Virus record (IMG/VR): IMGVR_UViG_3300046534_001004
Strand: one strand, 5' to 3'
Source of the DNA: an uncultured virus (IMG/VR IMGVR_UViG_3300046534_001004)
Lineage: Duplodnaviria > Heunggongvirae > Uroviricota > Caudoviricetes
DNA: 64,000 nt
Each line of letters opens with the position of its first letter. Positions within the stretch are counted from its first letter, which is position 1. The position numbers were made by a program, and so were the translations under genes. Under the pieces are notes generated by a model. That model ran no database searches. It had not been told where the DNA came from and was given only the letters and a program-made list of their open reading frames with translations. Shown piece after piece: positions 8,078 to 16,917 of this stretch.

Positions 8078-8473
8078 TCAATAATCTTCAAAGTAATCAA
8101 ACATGTACGGATCCATAAAATCAAAATCGTCATACCCATGATAATCATGTTCGAAGAACATTTCATTTTCATATGCCTTGATGCGATCTTCTTCCTCATT
8201 TTGGCACCAACCATTGTAATCATCATAAAATAATTCAGCCATATCTTCATCTTGAGACTGGCAGTATGATGCGTCACACATCTGACCACAGTACCAACAA
8301 GGATCATCATCACCTCGTTGATATTCTAGCAAAGATTGAGCTGTGATCTTGTCTTGCTGGCGACGGTTGATCTTGCGATCACGGCTTTTCCAGTATTTGT
8401 TTTTGGTCAATGATATATGACCACCATTGCGATCACGAGTTGCACGATTGATAATAAAATCTGATTTCTGCAT
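8078..8473 (-). CDS. Hypothetical protein: basic N-terminus, CxxC, very acidic/aromatic C-terminus
   Basis: 131-aa ORF in operon. Confidence 0.6.
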   Translation of the reverse strand: MQKSDFIINRATRDRNGGHISLTKNKYWKSRDRKINRRQQDKITAQSLLEYQRGDDDPCWYCGQMCDASYCQSQDEDMAELFYDDYNGWCQNEEEDRIKAYENEMFFEHDYHGYDDFDFMDPYMFDYFEDY

Positions 8474-8475
8474 TG

Positions 8476-8880
8476 TTACTGCTTTCTATCTGGCTCTGGG
8501 TTATGCGCCCAGTGAAGCAAACCTTGACGCTGACGTAATCTTTTAGTCATATCGCCGTTGCCGTTTTTCAGTACCTGAGCACCGTGACGAGCTCCGAACG
8601 AAGACCATCGTCCTATTTGCCAGTGATCGTATTCAGGTAATCTTCTGCCATTAAAATAACGCATGTACCACTGAAACCAACCGAGCGGATCTCGTTCATC
8701 AATCCAGCCACGAGATTGCCATTCCCAGCGTGAGGCTCCTACTTTAGGAGCATAGAAATTCTCGCCAGCAACGATCATACCTTTCATGTCTTCTGGGCTT
8801 TCGTTGAAATATCCACCGTCAAAGACGCCTATTTCTAGCATCTGCTGAGGTGTGAAAAATGGAGTAAAGGGAGCAGTCAT
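8476..8880 (-). CDS. Conserved hypothetical protein (TP..ML..GVFxGxYF / DPxGWFQWYxRY family)
   Basis: Recognisable conserved motif set; AAAGGCTACC leader. Confidence 0.75.
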   Translation of the reverse strand: MTAPFTPFFTPQQMLEIGVFDGGYFNESPEDMKGMIVAGENFYAPKVGASRWEWQSRGWIDERDPLGWFQWYMRYFNGRRLPEYDHWQIGRWSSFGARHGAQVLKNGNGDMTKRLRQRQGLLHWAHNPEPDRKQ

Positions 8881-8934
8881 AATGGTAGCCTTTTTTGTTT
8901 AACTAAGACTAGCATAAAACAAAGACACAGCCGT

Positions 8935-8951
8935 GACCAACTCTATTTATC
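8935..8951 (-). promoter_or_regulatory. GAYAA-N7-TGGTC operator/promoter site
   Basis: Minus strand GATAAATAGAGTTGGTC; TGGTCA-17-TATGCT. Confidence 0.7.
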
Positions 8952-9240
8952 CGGTAGCTTCCCAGTCTTCGTACTCAAACATCTCTTCGATGTGATTCTC
9001 TAGGATGATAATTGTTTCAAGACGATTGTATTTACCCAAGTCAGGGCGAAAGAGAACTCCCACCCTAAACTTAAGAGTTCCTTCCATGAGCTCTTGCTGA
9101 CCTCGCCATCCAGGAAGTCTATCACCCAAGGTAGGCCCGTTGTAGTGACCGACACAAGTGAAAGGCTTCCTGAACTCTTCTGGGTATTGACTCCAAAAAC
9201 CTACACGAAGTCCAGCTGATATGTTCATGGTGTTAGCCAT
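8947..9240 (-). CDS. Hypothetical protein
   Basis: GAGG RBS before MANTMN. Confidence 0.55.
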   Translation of the reverse strand: MANTMNISAGLRVGFWSQYPEEFRKPFTCVGHYNGPTLGDRLPGWRGQQELMEGTLKFRVGVLFRPDLGKYNRLETIIILENHIEEMFEYEDWEATG

Positions 9241-9740
9241 TCCGGTTCGCCTCTGTTGGTCCAACGAACAGGCATTTTGTCAGTTTCCCACCGTTCACGT
9301 AGATATTCTCGATAGGACACTGGCACTAGAAGATGAGAGCAATCAACTCCTTTACCTGCGTTTCTTGCGCTATTTTGAAACGGTAGCAGTTCACCTGATG
9401 GAAGACAACTTCTCTTTGAAGCGATGTATGGTATTCTATGCCCAGATGCGTGTTCTTTATCAAAACGTAGAACAAACTCTGCAAACAATTCTAGTGCGTG
9501 ATTAAGACACCATTCAAAATTGCTGATGTTTTCACGAACCCAGATAGATACAGGGTGGTTGATGTGAGGTTGACCAGCAGTGAGTAGAGTTGGACCACAT
9601 TCCCAATCTCCGAAAGGATCATGTACTTTAATAGCTAGACTCATCATCTGGTTGCATTCCATGAGAAGTTTACCCACGCGCTTATCATCTAGCGCGTGAG
9701 CTGATTTCACTGGGCATTGATCTGTGACAAACAAATTCAT
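9225..9740 (-). CDS. Pyrimidine-dimer DNA glycosylase / endonuclease V family protein
   Basis: MNLF...SAHALDDKRVGKLLMECNQMMS and HINHPVSIWVRE motifs. Confidence 0.75.
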   Translation of the reverse strand: MNLFVTDQCPVKSAHALDDKRVGKLLMECNQMMSLAIKVHDPFGDWECGPTLLTAGQPHINHPVSIWVRENISNFEWCLNHALELFAEFVLRFDKEHASGHRIPYIASKRSCLPSGELLPFQNSARNAGKGVDCSHLLVPVSYREYLRERWETDKMPVRWTNRGEPEWLTP

Positions 9741-10060
9741 TCGCGTTCTATCTCCTGCTCTGAAGCCCATTCGTAGGCGCTGTTCATCACGTCTTGGCCA
9801 TTCTCAAAGAACGTGGCAAATTCTGTTTCTGAAAGTGTCAGAGCAGGATGCATCAAACTGCGTTCTCTGTCGTAAGGAACATCAATAAGACGCACCTCAT
9901 GAATCTCAAACACTGCTGGCTCTCCTGGCTCACCTGGATCATTCAAAGAAGGCATTATGTCATCTGTCGGTGGTTCAGTCATAACCAAATCTACCTCACA
10001 GAAAACTGATTTGTTCGGCTCTGTGATCCAGAACTCCTCTAACTCAAAAGTTAAATTCAA
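9737..10060 (-). CDS. Acidic hypothetical protein
   Basis: AAGGAG RBS, TTG start, overlap with neighbours. Confidence 0.55.
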   Translation of the reverse strand: MNLTFELEEFWITEPNKSVFCEVDLVMTEPPTDDIMPSLNDPGEPGEPAVFEIHEVRLIDVPYDRERSLMHPALTLSETEFATFFENGQDVMNSAYEWASEQEIERE

Positions 10061-10272
10061 TGGTAATGCTCCTTCAAATGAGCGGTGATGTCTTCAGCTG
10101 CTTGATGTAGATCACTGGTCTTATATTTCTTACCAGTGACATTACCCGCAGCATTAGCAAGAGCTCGCTTGGTGGTGCCACGAATGGTCATGCCCGCGCT
10201 CGCTATTCTGCATTGCCCTCGCAGTTGGGCGATTCCGAAATGCTTGAATTGTGCTTCTGTGGTAATCATCAA
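10057..10272 (-). CDS. Hypothetical protein
   Basis: GGAG RBS, operon packing. Confidence 0.6.
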   Translation of the reverse strand: MMITTEAQFKHFGIAQLRGQCRIASAGMTIRGTTKRALANAAGNVTGKKYKTSDLHQAAEDITAHLKEHYH

Positions 10273-10469
10273 TACTCTCCCAACATAACTTCGTTGTAAA
10301 TAGCTTTCTCGCGACGAGCAGTATCGTCAGGGCTTTCAAGCTGCACAACACGGCTTTCTGGATAGTCTTCGTCAAGCATAGCGTATGCTTCCATACGGGT
10401 ATTTGCTGTAACATCTGCACCGAATTCGCTTCCGCATTCGTCGGTAAGAACTGCGTGAAATTTAATCAT
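10269..10469 (-). CDS. Hypothetical early protein
   Basis: AGGAGGCTACC-ATG leader. Confidence 0.7.
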   Translation of the reverse strand: MIKFHAVLTDECGSEFGADVTANTRMEAYAMLDEDYPESRVVQLESPDDTARREKAIYNEVMLGEY

Positions 10470-10521
10470 GGTAGCCTCCTAATTTGCTGTACCCCTAGTG
10501 TAACCCAAGGACACAGCAAAT

Positions 10522-10538
10522 GACAAGTATTACTTGTC
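10522..10538 (-). promoter_or_regulatory. Perfect palindromic site GACAAG-TAATA-CTTGTC at a promoter -35
   Basis: TTGTCA-18-TACACT on minus strand. Confidence 0.75.
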
Positions 10539-10748
10539 CTGTATAAAACGGGCTATCTCGAAGAACTCGCTGCATGGGCGAGTCCACGTAGTAGTAGACA
10601 TCGGTCCCTCACCTTTGTAAACAACGACAGGGATCATAGTGCGTTCTTCAATAGCGAACGCTAAGATCTCATAACGATTTTTGGTTTTCACGTGCTGCCA
10701 GTAACCGAACTTCGGCACGTATTGTGAACTTGGATCACGAATTGTCAT
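10530..10748 (-). CDS. DUF1653-domain protein
   Basis: YWQHVKTKNRYEILAFA..E.T..PVVVYK...TWTRP..EFF...RF. Confidence 0.7.
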   Translation of the reverse strand: MTIRDPSSQYVPKFGYWQHVKTKNRYEILAFAIEERTMIPVVVYKGEGPMSTTTWTRPCSEFFEIARFIQDK

Positions 10749-10995
10749 TGTTATCCCTTAACATTTTTGCTCTTTCAGTTATGAAGTCACGGTGTAGTTT
10801 CCGTTCATTGCATCCACAACTTTGTGATCTGCATTCCATAAAACCTTCTCGGCATCCTGGATAATCAGCGTTCTTCTGATCTATCTTGGCTTGTTCGATG
10901 AAAGGATCATCTAAGTCATTTCTTTTTCTAGCAGGCAAGAAAACCAGAATACCGATGATCACTAGCGGACCGTAGAATACAAACCATTCCATCAA
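10735..10995 (-). CDS. Small membrane-anchored protein
   Basis: N-terminal hydrophobic segment; GGAGG RBS. Confidence 0.55.
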   Translation of the reverse strand: MMEWFVFYGPLVIIGILVFLPARKRNDLDDPFIEQAKIDQKNADYPGCREGFMECRSQSCGCNERKLHRDFITERAKMLRDNNDNS

Positions 10996-12014
10996 AAAGG
11001 CACCTCCACATCAGGAAGCTGTACGAAAATACTTTTATCAATATCCTCTGTATCTGCATCCATCAATACTTTCGTGAGCCTTGCAATCATAGGCTCAGTC
11101 AACTTCACATCAAGGAACTTCTCTTGGGCATCCTCTTCAACCCGACTTTCATAAAATGACTTCATTCTTTTTGGTAGGTTAGCACCAGAGTGGAACCGAT
11201 AGCCTACCATAGCAACCCAAGTGGATCCTTCATCACCGTATCCTATGTCCCAAGGAAGGTCTCCTTCATAAGTCTCTTCATCAACCCTATCCATGATCAT
11301 ATTTAGTTTATCGATGTCTGTTATAGACTGAAGAGCCTTCATGATATAAATCTGGTCTGAGTAAGTGTACTTAGAAGTCCTATCTTCTGTAAGTGTTACA
11401 CCACCTGTGAGATTGTAAGTGAACATCGTTGGTTTACAATCAGTGACTCTAAGTCCACGGAAAAAGATGTGTTCGGCTGGCTGATTGAAAATTTGAACGT
11501 ATTCATTCTCGCAGATCAACTCCATGTTATCTGGCATGAAGATGACTTGCTCGTTGTAGGCGTTTTCCATTTCTTCACACTCGATGACAATTCTGGTATG
11601 ATCTTTATATCCAACAAAACCAAATTCTACATTATCTTGAACTGTAGACCATCCATCTTCATCTCGTGTGTTGCTCTCCAACTCGCGGACAGCCATCCAT
11701 GGCTCCCAATGTTTGCCGAGCTCTGTCGTGAAAGCCAGCTTCTCATATGACCAGCGTTTTAGCGGGGAGTTCCGCTTTCGCATACGGATCATCCCGAACT
11801 CTTTGCCACGGAAGTCTTCCGCTTTGACATAGAATTCATATTCAACCGTACCCAAGAAAAGGCGAAAGGTGCCACCTAAACGCAGTGTCACTGCAATCGC
11901 ATATTTGAGACCAGTACCAAAGAAACCAATCGGGTTCTGCCCTAGCTTTACATTGATACCAAAAGTAGTCGCGGCTTCTAACGGCATGAGTCCTTCGTTT
12001 TCAAAGATAATCAT
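10992..12014 (-). CDS. GHKL (HATPase-like) ATP-binding protein
   Basis: NPIGFFGTGLKYAIA and AVRELESNTRDE motifs. Confidence 0.65.
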   Translation of the reverse strand: MIIFENEGLMPLEAATTFGINVKLGQNPIGFFGTGLKYAIAVTLRLGGTFRLFLGTVEYEFYVKAEDFRGKEFGMIRMRKRNSPLKRWSYEKLAFTTELGKHWEPWMAVRELESNTRDEDGWSTVQDNVEFGFVGYKDHTRIVIECEEMENAYNEQVIFMPDNMELICENEYVQIFNQPAEHIFFRGLRVTDCKPTMFTYNLTGGVTLTEDRTSKYTYSDQIYIMKALQSITDIDKLNMIMDRVDEETYEGDLPWDIGYGDEGSTWVAMVGYRFHSGANLPKRMKSFYESRVEEDAQEKFLDVKLTEPMIARLTKVLMDADTEDIDKSIFVQLPDVEVPF

Positions 12015-12245
12015 TTATCTTTCCTTCTGATCCTGCTTTTAAGCAGTCTTAGGTTTTTAGTTTTCACGCTCATTTTGTTTTCCCCAAATTTATAATAATC
12101 ACTATTGCCACTACGATTGCTGCGGGCCAGAAAAACAACAGACAGAAGCCAAACAAGATCCAAAGTAAAACTGTCGGATCGTTAACTTTCTTCTTGTTAG
12201 GATTTACTCTAATCCTATTGCGAAGCTCTTCTCTGTGTTTATCTT

Positions 12246-12506
12246 TCATACCGGAACTCCTACGTATCCATGTTCTACAAAACCATCAGCGAATAATGTA
12301 GAGTTAACTTCACCAGAAGTTTTAATTTCGTCGAACCACACGTTAAAGTTCATTATGCTGAAGTGTTTCACAGGTATGATGGGTGTGAACTCTCGAGCAC
12401 AGACTCTCATAACAAGATCTCCACCATTAGTCTTAAACACATCACCATAAAGCCATTCGTTATTGCATATAAGGTGAACATGCGCTCCGGTTTTCAAACA
12501 ATTCAT
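12246..12506 (-). CDS. Hypothetical early protein
   Basis: AGGAGGCTACC leader; promoter site at 12557-12573. Confidence 0.65.
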   Translation of the reverse strand: MNCLKTGAHVHLICNNEWLYGDVFKTNGGDLVMRVCAREFTPIIPVKHFSIMNFNVWFDEIKTSGEVNSTLFADGFVEHGYVGVPV

Positions 12507-12556
12507 TTTGGTAGCCTCCTTAGCTGTAATTAGTATGCGCCATGGAGGCTACCTGT

Positions 12557-12573
12557 GACAAGTTCTACTTATC
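12557..12573 (-). promoter_or_regulatory. GAYAA-N7-TTGTC operator/promoter site
   Basis: Minus strand GATAAGTAGAACTTGTC; TTGTCA-18-CATACT. Confidence 0.7.
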
Positions 12574-12883
12574 GCGTATGTTTCACGGTCTCGAGCATCC
12601 GGTGCTGTTTCACCTTGCGGCGGGCCATGTGACGGAATACCTGACGAGTAGGCTCAATCTCTGGATATTTGATCTTGGCGTTCGCTTTGCGTTTTGCAGT
12701 CAAGCGGTCGATCGCTCGATACAGACCGTTCCGTTCCGGCTCTGGAGAGTTGTTCGAGATGTTCCAGTTGTTCTGAATCAAAATTTCAGCCTCAGTAAAC
12801 CCAGACCGAGAGGTTCCAAAGAAAGTTCCTTTCGTACGGAAACGACGTGCGATTTTCTTTGCGATGCGTGACATCAATGACAT
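12569..12883 (-). CDS. Basic hypothetical protein
   Basis: Stop/start overlap; AAGGA RBS. Confidence 0.6.
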   Translation of the reverse strand: MSLMSRIAKKIARRFRTKGTFFGTSRSGFTEAEILIQNNWNISNNSPEPERNGLYRAIDRLTAKRKANAKIKYPEIEPTRQVFRHMARRKVKQHRMLETVKHTR

Positions 12884-13605
12884 TAGGATATCCTTTTCGT
12901 ATTTGATTGTTGACGTGAGATTGGTCGTTGAAGGTTGACTTTACCACCTGCGGCTTGACCTTGACCATAGGCATCCATGTTCGCTTTCATGCTACGAGAG
13001 TTACTTTTGCGAAGTTTAATGTCTGGCAGCATGGATTCCATTCCTTGCTCTACAAGTGCCATTTTGATTTCCACGAGATCGTTGCCAGTGCTGTCTGATT
13101 GAACCACTCTGCTGTCAATGATTTCTTTGATTTTATCATTAACCCGCTCAGCAAAGCCCATCATGAAGGACCAGTATTGTGTGTGACGGCTCGCGCTTCC
13201 CTTTGGGTTCGTCGCAAGGAACTCTTTCCAGCCCCTATCCATGCTGTCGTGGATAAGCCCAAGAAGGAACTCAGCCATCTCGACATCATTTATCATACCA
13301 AACATCTTGAGATGCTTCTTGGAGTTTGTGGAAGATGTCCAAGGTTTGACATTGCAAAAACGACCGATGGTCACAGCGCAGTATTTCTGAGAAGGGTGAA
13401 TTATCTTCTGCTTCTGGGTAAAAGACCCTTCACGCATATCACGTGAGAATTCTACAGACTTGAGATCAGCCTCGGTAATACCGTGCTTCTCCATCAGCTT
13501 TTCAGCAATGGCCAGCGCAGCTATGGCTTCATCTTCTGTCGCGCCGCGCTCAGGGATTTTAGCCTTGAGCGCGGCAATCTTTGCGATCATGTCGTCATTT
13601 TTCAT
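12883..13605 (-). CDS. DUF2786-domain protein
   Basis: KIAALKAK...GATEDEAIAALAIAEKLMEKHGIT; SFMMGFAERV; AYGQGQAAG.KVNL. Confidence 0.75.
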   Translation of the reverse strand: MKNDDMIAKIAALKAKIPERGATEDEAIAALAIAEKLMEKHGITEADLKSVEFSRDMREGSFTQKQKIIHPSQKYCAVTIGRFCNVKPWTSSTNSKKHLKMFGMINDVEMAEFLLGLIHDSMDRGWKEFLATNPKGSASRHTQYWSFMMGFAERVNDKIKEIIDSRVVQSDSTGNDLVEIKMALVEQGMESMLPDIKLRKSNSRSMKANMDAYGQGQAAGGKVNLQRPISRQQSNTKRIS

Positions 13606-13611
13606 GGTAGC

Positions 13612-13767
13612 CTACTCTTCGTCGGTTGGTGTGAACATGCCCTCTAGGTAGTGATCAGGGGCAATGGTGTATCCAAGTTGGATGAAAGAATCTGCGGCCC
13701 ACGCCCGCAAAAGGTTTAGAAAGTGCGAATCTGCGACCCACGCCCGCAAAAGGTTTAGAAAGTGCAT
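13612..13767 (-). CDS. 51-aa protein with an internal 13-aa duplication, not in the ORF track
   Basis: AAAGGA RBS; first gene after promoter site 13818-13834. Confidence 0.55.
   Translation of the reverse strand: MHFLNLLRAWVADSHFLNLLRAWAADSFIQLGYTIAPDHYLEGMFTPTDEE
13688..13765. repeat. 39-bp tandem direct repeat (2 copies, 1 mismatch)
   Basis: GAATCTGCG(G/A)CCCACGCCCGCAAAAGGTTTAGAAAGTGC at 13688 and 13727. Confidence 0.95.
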
Positions 13768-13817
13768 TGATTAATCCTTTGTTTATACTACTTAATATAA
13801 CCTTAGGACTACCCAAT

Positions 13818-13834
13818 GACAAGTATTACTTATC
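13818..13834 (-). promoter_or_regulatory. GAYAA-N7-TTGTC operator/promoter site
   Basis: Minus strand GATAAGTAATACTTGTC; TTGTCA-17-TATATT. Confidence 0.75.
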
Positions 13835-14066
13835 CTGTCGGAAACAGGTACTTGTCAACAGAGTACGGAGTCAACGCGATCCGCACTTTGTTTGTCTTGT
13901 TTGGACTTTCAGCGTAGGCCACGAATCCACCTGTTGCGATGTTATCAAACGGCCATTCCATATTGATACGGCTCAAAATGAAGCTCTCAGAACATTTTCC
14001 AGGATTGATGATTTTAAGAATTTTCACAACTTGCTGTAGTTCATGTTCGTAAATTTCTGGCAGCAT
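13830..14066 (-). CDS. Hypothetical early protein
   Basis: AGGAGACTACC-ATG leader. Confidence 0.65.
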   Translation of the reverse strand: MLPEIYEHELQQVVKILKIINPGKCSESFILSRINMEWPFDNIATGGFVAYAESPNKTNKVRIALTPYSVDKYLFPTG

Positions 14067-14115
14067 GGTAGTCTCCTAATTGCTATAATTTATAGTAACT
14101 CGGGAATTGGCAAAA

Positions 14116-14132
14116 GACAAGTGCTATTTATC
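14116..14132 (-). promoter_or_regulatory. GAYAA-N7-TTGTC operator/promoter site
   Basis: Minus strand GATAAATAGCACTTGTC; TTGTCT-17-TACTAT. Confidence 0.75.
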
Positions 14133-14139
14133 GCAAAGC

Positions 14140-14494
14140 GGCGGGGCCGACCCAACTACCTATGGATCGACCCCTATTGCTTTGATTAAAAATCAAGTGC
14201 TCATTCAAGAGCAGCACCTATGACTTTCTGACCACTGAGGTTCCGTCAATCTTACCAAATGCGCTCTACCACTGAGCTACCCGCCAGCAGTCCAACGAAA
14301 GGGTGTTGGATGGCGGGGCTGGATTCGAACCAACGACTTCATTGTTTAAGAAACCTCTTGTCTCCAGTCACTTTGTTTCTCACATTGAGGGGCATAAGTC
14401 TCTCAAATATGAGTCACGGGAATTGATTTCCTCCTTAGAGTTTTCCACCCGCATAGTTCAGTCTCAGTCTCAGTCTATCCCCTATGGGATGAGT
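14140..14494 (-). ncRNA. Structured ncRNA containing a circularly permuted tRNA-like domain (YrlA/Y-RNA-like topology)
   Basis: Minus strand order: T arm GTTGG-TTCGAAT-CCAGC (14334-14318), CCCGCCA-T-CCA, closing hairpin, TGGCGGG-TA, D arm GCTC-AGTGGTA-GAGC (14277-14263); long flanking stem 14221-14370; further hairpins; boundaries approximate. Confidence 0.75.
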
Positions 14495-15238
14495 TTAGCC
14501 TTGGATATATCCGAAGATTTCCTTAGCAATGCTTAGATCTTTGACGTCAACAGTGTTCGCTCGTTGGCGAGCCTTCTTGACAGCCGAGATCATTTTGTCA
14601 CACCGAAGCATCATAGCCGATTTCTCATGCGGCGTGATCATGCTCGAAGTGTGCGTTGTTTCAATACGAGCAACGGAAACGTCTTCGTTCCATTTCTCCA
14701 CTTGGGCTGGGTGCTCTTTCGTTGGCTCCACCAGGATTCGTGACTTAAGAGACTTTTCAGTCTTCATTGACACAGTGGCTTCCGAACGATAGGTTCCTTC
14801 ACCAAGATTGGCGTCTGGTGTCCATTTTATAGACATTTCCAGAGTTGGAATGTTAAGGATCATTTCCCGAACAGCTTTGAGGCGGCTCTCCATACCCAAA
14901 AGGAAGGTCGCTGGGACATCTTTGAGGATGATCGCACCATCCACAACGAGGTCTGCTCGAGCACGACCATTGGCTTCTTCAAGTTGCAACAGAGCATCAT
15001 AGTGGCGACCCACGCTTTTGAAAGCGTGATCAAGCTTGTCGGCGACTGTGGTCACCATCTGCTTGTTTTCTACAGTGTTTTCACCTTCGCGGCTGCTTTC
15101 AAAGAAATTCACTGTTTTAGACTGACCACGAAAATGGTCAGGTTTTTTCGCAAACACAGTACTAGTCTCAGTGGTCACAGCTTGGGCTGCGTTGGTGGTG
15201 TCAGCCATTACTGCCAACAACTCATGAAGTTTCGCCAT
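14495..15238 (-). CDS. Conserved uncharacterised 247-aa helical protein (DUF7873-like by recollection)
   Basis: MAKLHELLAV..., ARADLVVDG.IILKDVPATFLLGMESRL, PTKEHPAQVEKWNEDV, VKKARQRAN motifs; GGAG RBS. Confidence 0.75.
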   Translation of the reverse strand: MAKLHELLAVMADTTNAAQAVTTETSTVFAKKPDHFRGQSKTVNFFESSREGENTVENKQMVTTVADKLDHAFKSVGRHYDALLQLEEANGRARADLVVDGAIILKDVPATFLLGMESRLKAVREMILNIPTLEMSIKWTPDANLGEGTYRSEATVSMKTEKSLKSRILVEPTKEHPAQVEKWNEDVSVARIETTHTSSMITPHEKSAMMLRCDKMISAVKKARQRANTVDVKDLSIAKEIFGYIQG

Positions 15239-15277
15239 TATTACTATCTCCGTTATGTTTAATTCTGATAAGGTATA

Positions 15278-15547
15278 TTAACTTTGTGTATTGCCAGTGA
15301 CAAATTCTTTTTGTCTTCCAAAATTCATTATTTTAATGGTAGTTCCTTGAGATCCACCAAGACCGTTATCTACGTCTGGGCAGTCGTACGCCCAAGCGTG
15401 GAACTGTGGAACTTTTATCCAATCATAGTTATACCACCACTCTGTCGCTCGTTCTCTTTGAAATTTACCCCACGACTCCCGAGCAGTTATAGGAGGTTTC
15501 CCGCCCATGCCTTTGAGAAGCTTCTCTTTGAGCTGTTCATGGTTCAT
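15278..15547 (-). CDS. Hypothetical protein
   Basis: ATGA overlap. Confidence 0.55.
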   Translation of the reverse strand: MNHEQLKEKLLKGMGGKPPITARESWGKFQRERATEWWYNYDWIKVPQFHAWAYDCPDVDNGLGGSQGTTIKIMNFGRQKEFVTGNTQS

Positions 15548-15792
15548 GCGTCTACCAGAGCCTTTCTTGTCACTTCAACACCCTCGGCTAAGGCTTTCTT
15601 CGCCCATCTGGTTGCAATATATTTGTGATCGTCGTATGGTCTCGGACAAATCTCTACTATCCAATCTTCGGTTATTTCAATTACCATTCCTTCAAAGATA
15701 CGTCGTCTTGAGGTATCCTCAAACTCACAATCTACTTTAACCCAATCACCAATTTCAGGACAACCTTTATACCGCCAAGGACCCCAACTCAT
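15544..15792 (-). CDS. Hypothetical protein
   Basis: ATGA overlap. Confidence 0.55.
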   Translation of the reverse strand: MSWGPWRYKGCPEIGDWVKVDCEFEDTSRRRIFEGMVIEITEDWIVEICPRPYDDHKYIATRWAKKALAEGVEVTRKALVDA

Positions 15793-16748
15793 TTGAACAT
15801 ATCCAATTGCTCTTCATCCATGTCTAGGTGATCACGAATCCCAAGGAACTGAGGAAAACGTGGCTTATCTTTCACACCGATCTTAAAGTATTTGATCTTT
15901 GCAATTTTACCGACCAACTCATTTCGCCGATCCCAGTAACCTTGTCTGCTTCTTTGGGTAAATCCCTCCCCACCACCAACGCGGCCATCAAAGTCACGAC
16001 CATCCCACAGTTTCCCTGATATCTCAAAGCCACCAAGAGTTCCTTTGCCGAGCAAGTTCTCTTTGTGTCCAGACCGTTGAGTATTCCCAAGAGCATTTGT
16101 CTTAGCTTCGTTGGTATTCTCATTCTCTTCGTAGAAACCTGTGATGAGAACTTCTGTATCTATCCAGCCTCCCTCTTTCATCTTGATGCACTCACACTGC
16201 ACCGGAGAACCTCGGCCAAATTTATAGTAGGAGTCTGGTCTACGTAGAATAATTCCTTCATGCCCAAGAAGGGTCTGCTCTTCATAGAATTCCCACACCT
16301 CCTCCATAGTGTGAAACAGAGTTGTCTCAGCGGGCAAGACTTTGACTTGTCCAACCTTGTTATCAATCCAGAAATTACCACAGATCTCTTCAAAGACTTC
16401 CATTCGTTCTTCGAAGGTTCCTGGTTCATCCCATTTATCAAACACATAAAACCGCATGTCTTCATGAGGTTTATTAAACGACATGACAGCAGAGTCTGTG
16501 CGAGAATAGCATCCTGAAGCATGTGGATCACCGCAGATGATCTCACCATCTAAGCCTCGCAGCATATCTTTGTTATGGGCAAAGAACGATTGAAGCTGCT
16601 CTGATCTGGCAGCTTTCAAAGATCTGGTAGAAGCAATTCCAGAATGGTTCTCGAAAATACGAATTCCATCGTACTTAATCTGTCCGTAAATAGGAAGCTG
16701 CTTTGCAACTTTCTCTTCAAAGAATTTTCCTGCTAATAGTGGTTTCAT
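15789..16748 (-). CDS. ATP-dependent DNA ligase
   Basis: Motifs KYDGIR, LDGEI, FYVFD, EGIILR, KMK, PRFPQF. Confidence 0.93.
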   Translation of the reverse strand: MKPLLAGKFFEEKVAKQLPIYGQIKYDGIRIFENHSGIASTRSLKAARSEQLQSFFAHNKDMLRGLDGEIICGDPHASGCYSRTDSAVMSFNKPHEDMRFYVFDKWDEPGTFEERMEVFEEICGNFWIDNKVGQVKVLPAETTLFHTMEEVWEFYEEQTLLGHEGIILRRPDSYYKFGRGSPVQCECIKMKEGGWIDTEVLITGFYEENENTNEAKTNALGNTQRSGHKENLLGKGTLGGFEISGKLWDGRDFDGRVGGGEGFTQRSRQGYWDRRNELVGKIAKIKYFKIGVKDKPRFPQFLGIRDHLDMDEEQLDMFK

Positions 16749-16917
16749 TATGAAGTTTTCCTTCTTTACAAATTAGAATTTTATCAGGTGACACCCACCC
16801 GCTAGGAAAAGTGGTATTTCGGAAAATAGCATTTTCTGCTATTGAAAGTAAGCCTTTATCGTTTTCATCGACAGGCTCCCAACATTCACCTTCTGACCAT
16901 ACAGCTAAATGTTTCAT
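16717..16917 (-). CDS. Hypothetical protein
   Basis: ATGA overlap. Confidence 0.5.
   Translation of the reverse strand: MKHLAVWSEGECWEPVDENDKGLLSIAENAIFRNTTFPSGWVSPDKILICKEGKLHNETTISRKIL

Noticed and set aside
14258..14342. Canonical tRNA gene
   Set aside because: The halves are in reverse order and there is no anticodon loop, so it cannot decode; reported as a tRNA-like ncRNA domain instead
14140..14494. Two-piece alphaproteobacterial tmRNA (ssrA)
   Set aside because: It has a full D stem, lacks the G3-U70 alanine identity pair and A discriminator, and no tag-peptide frame was recognised
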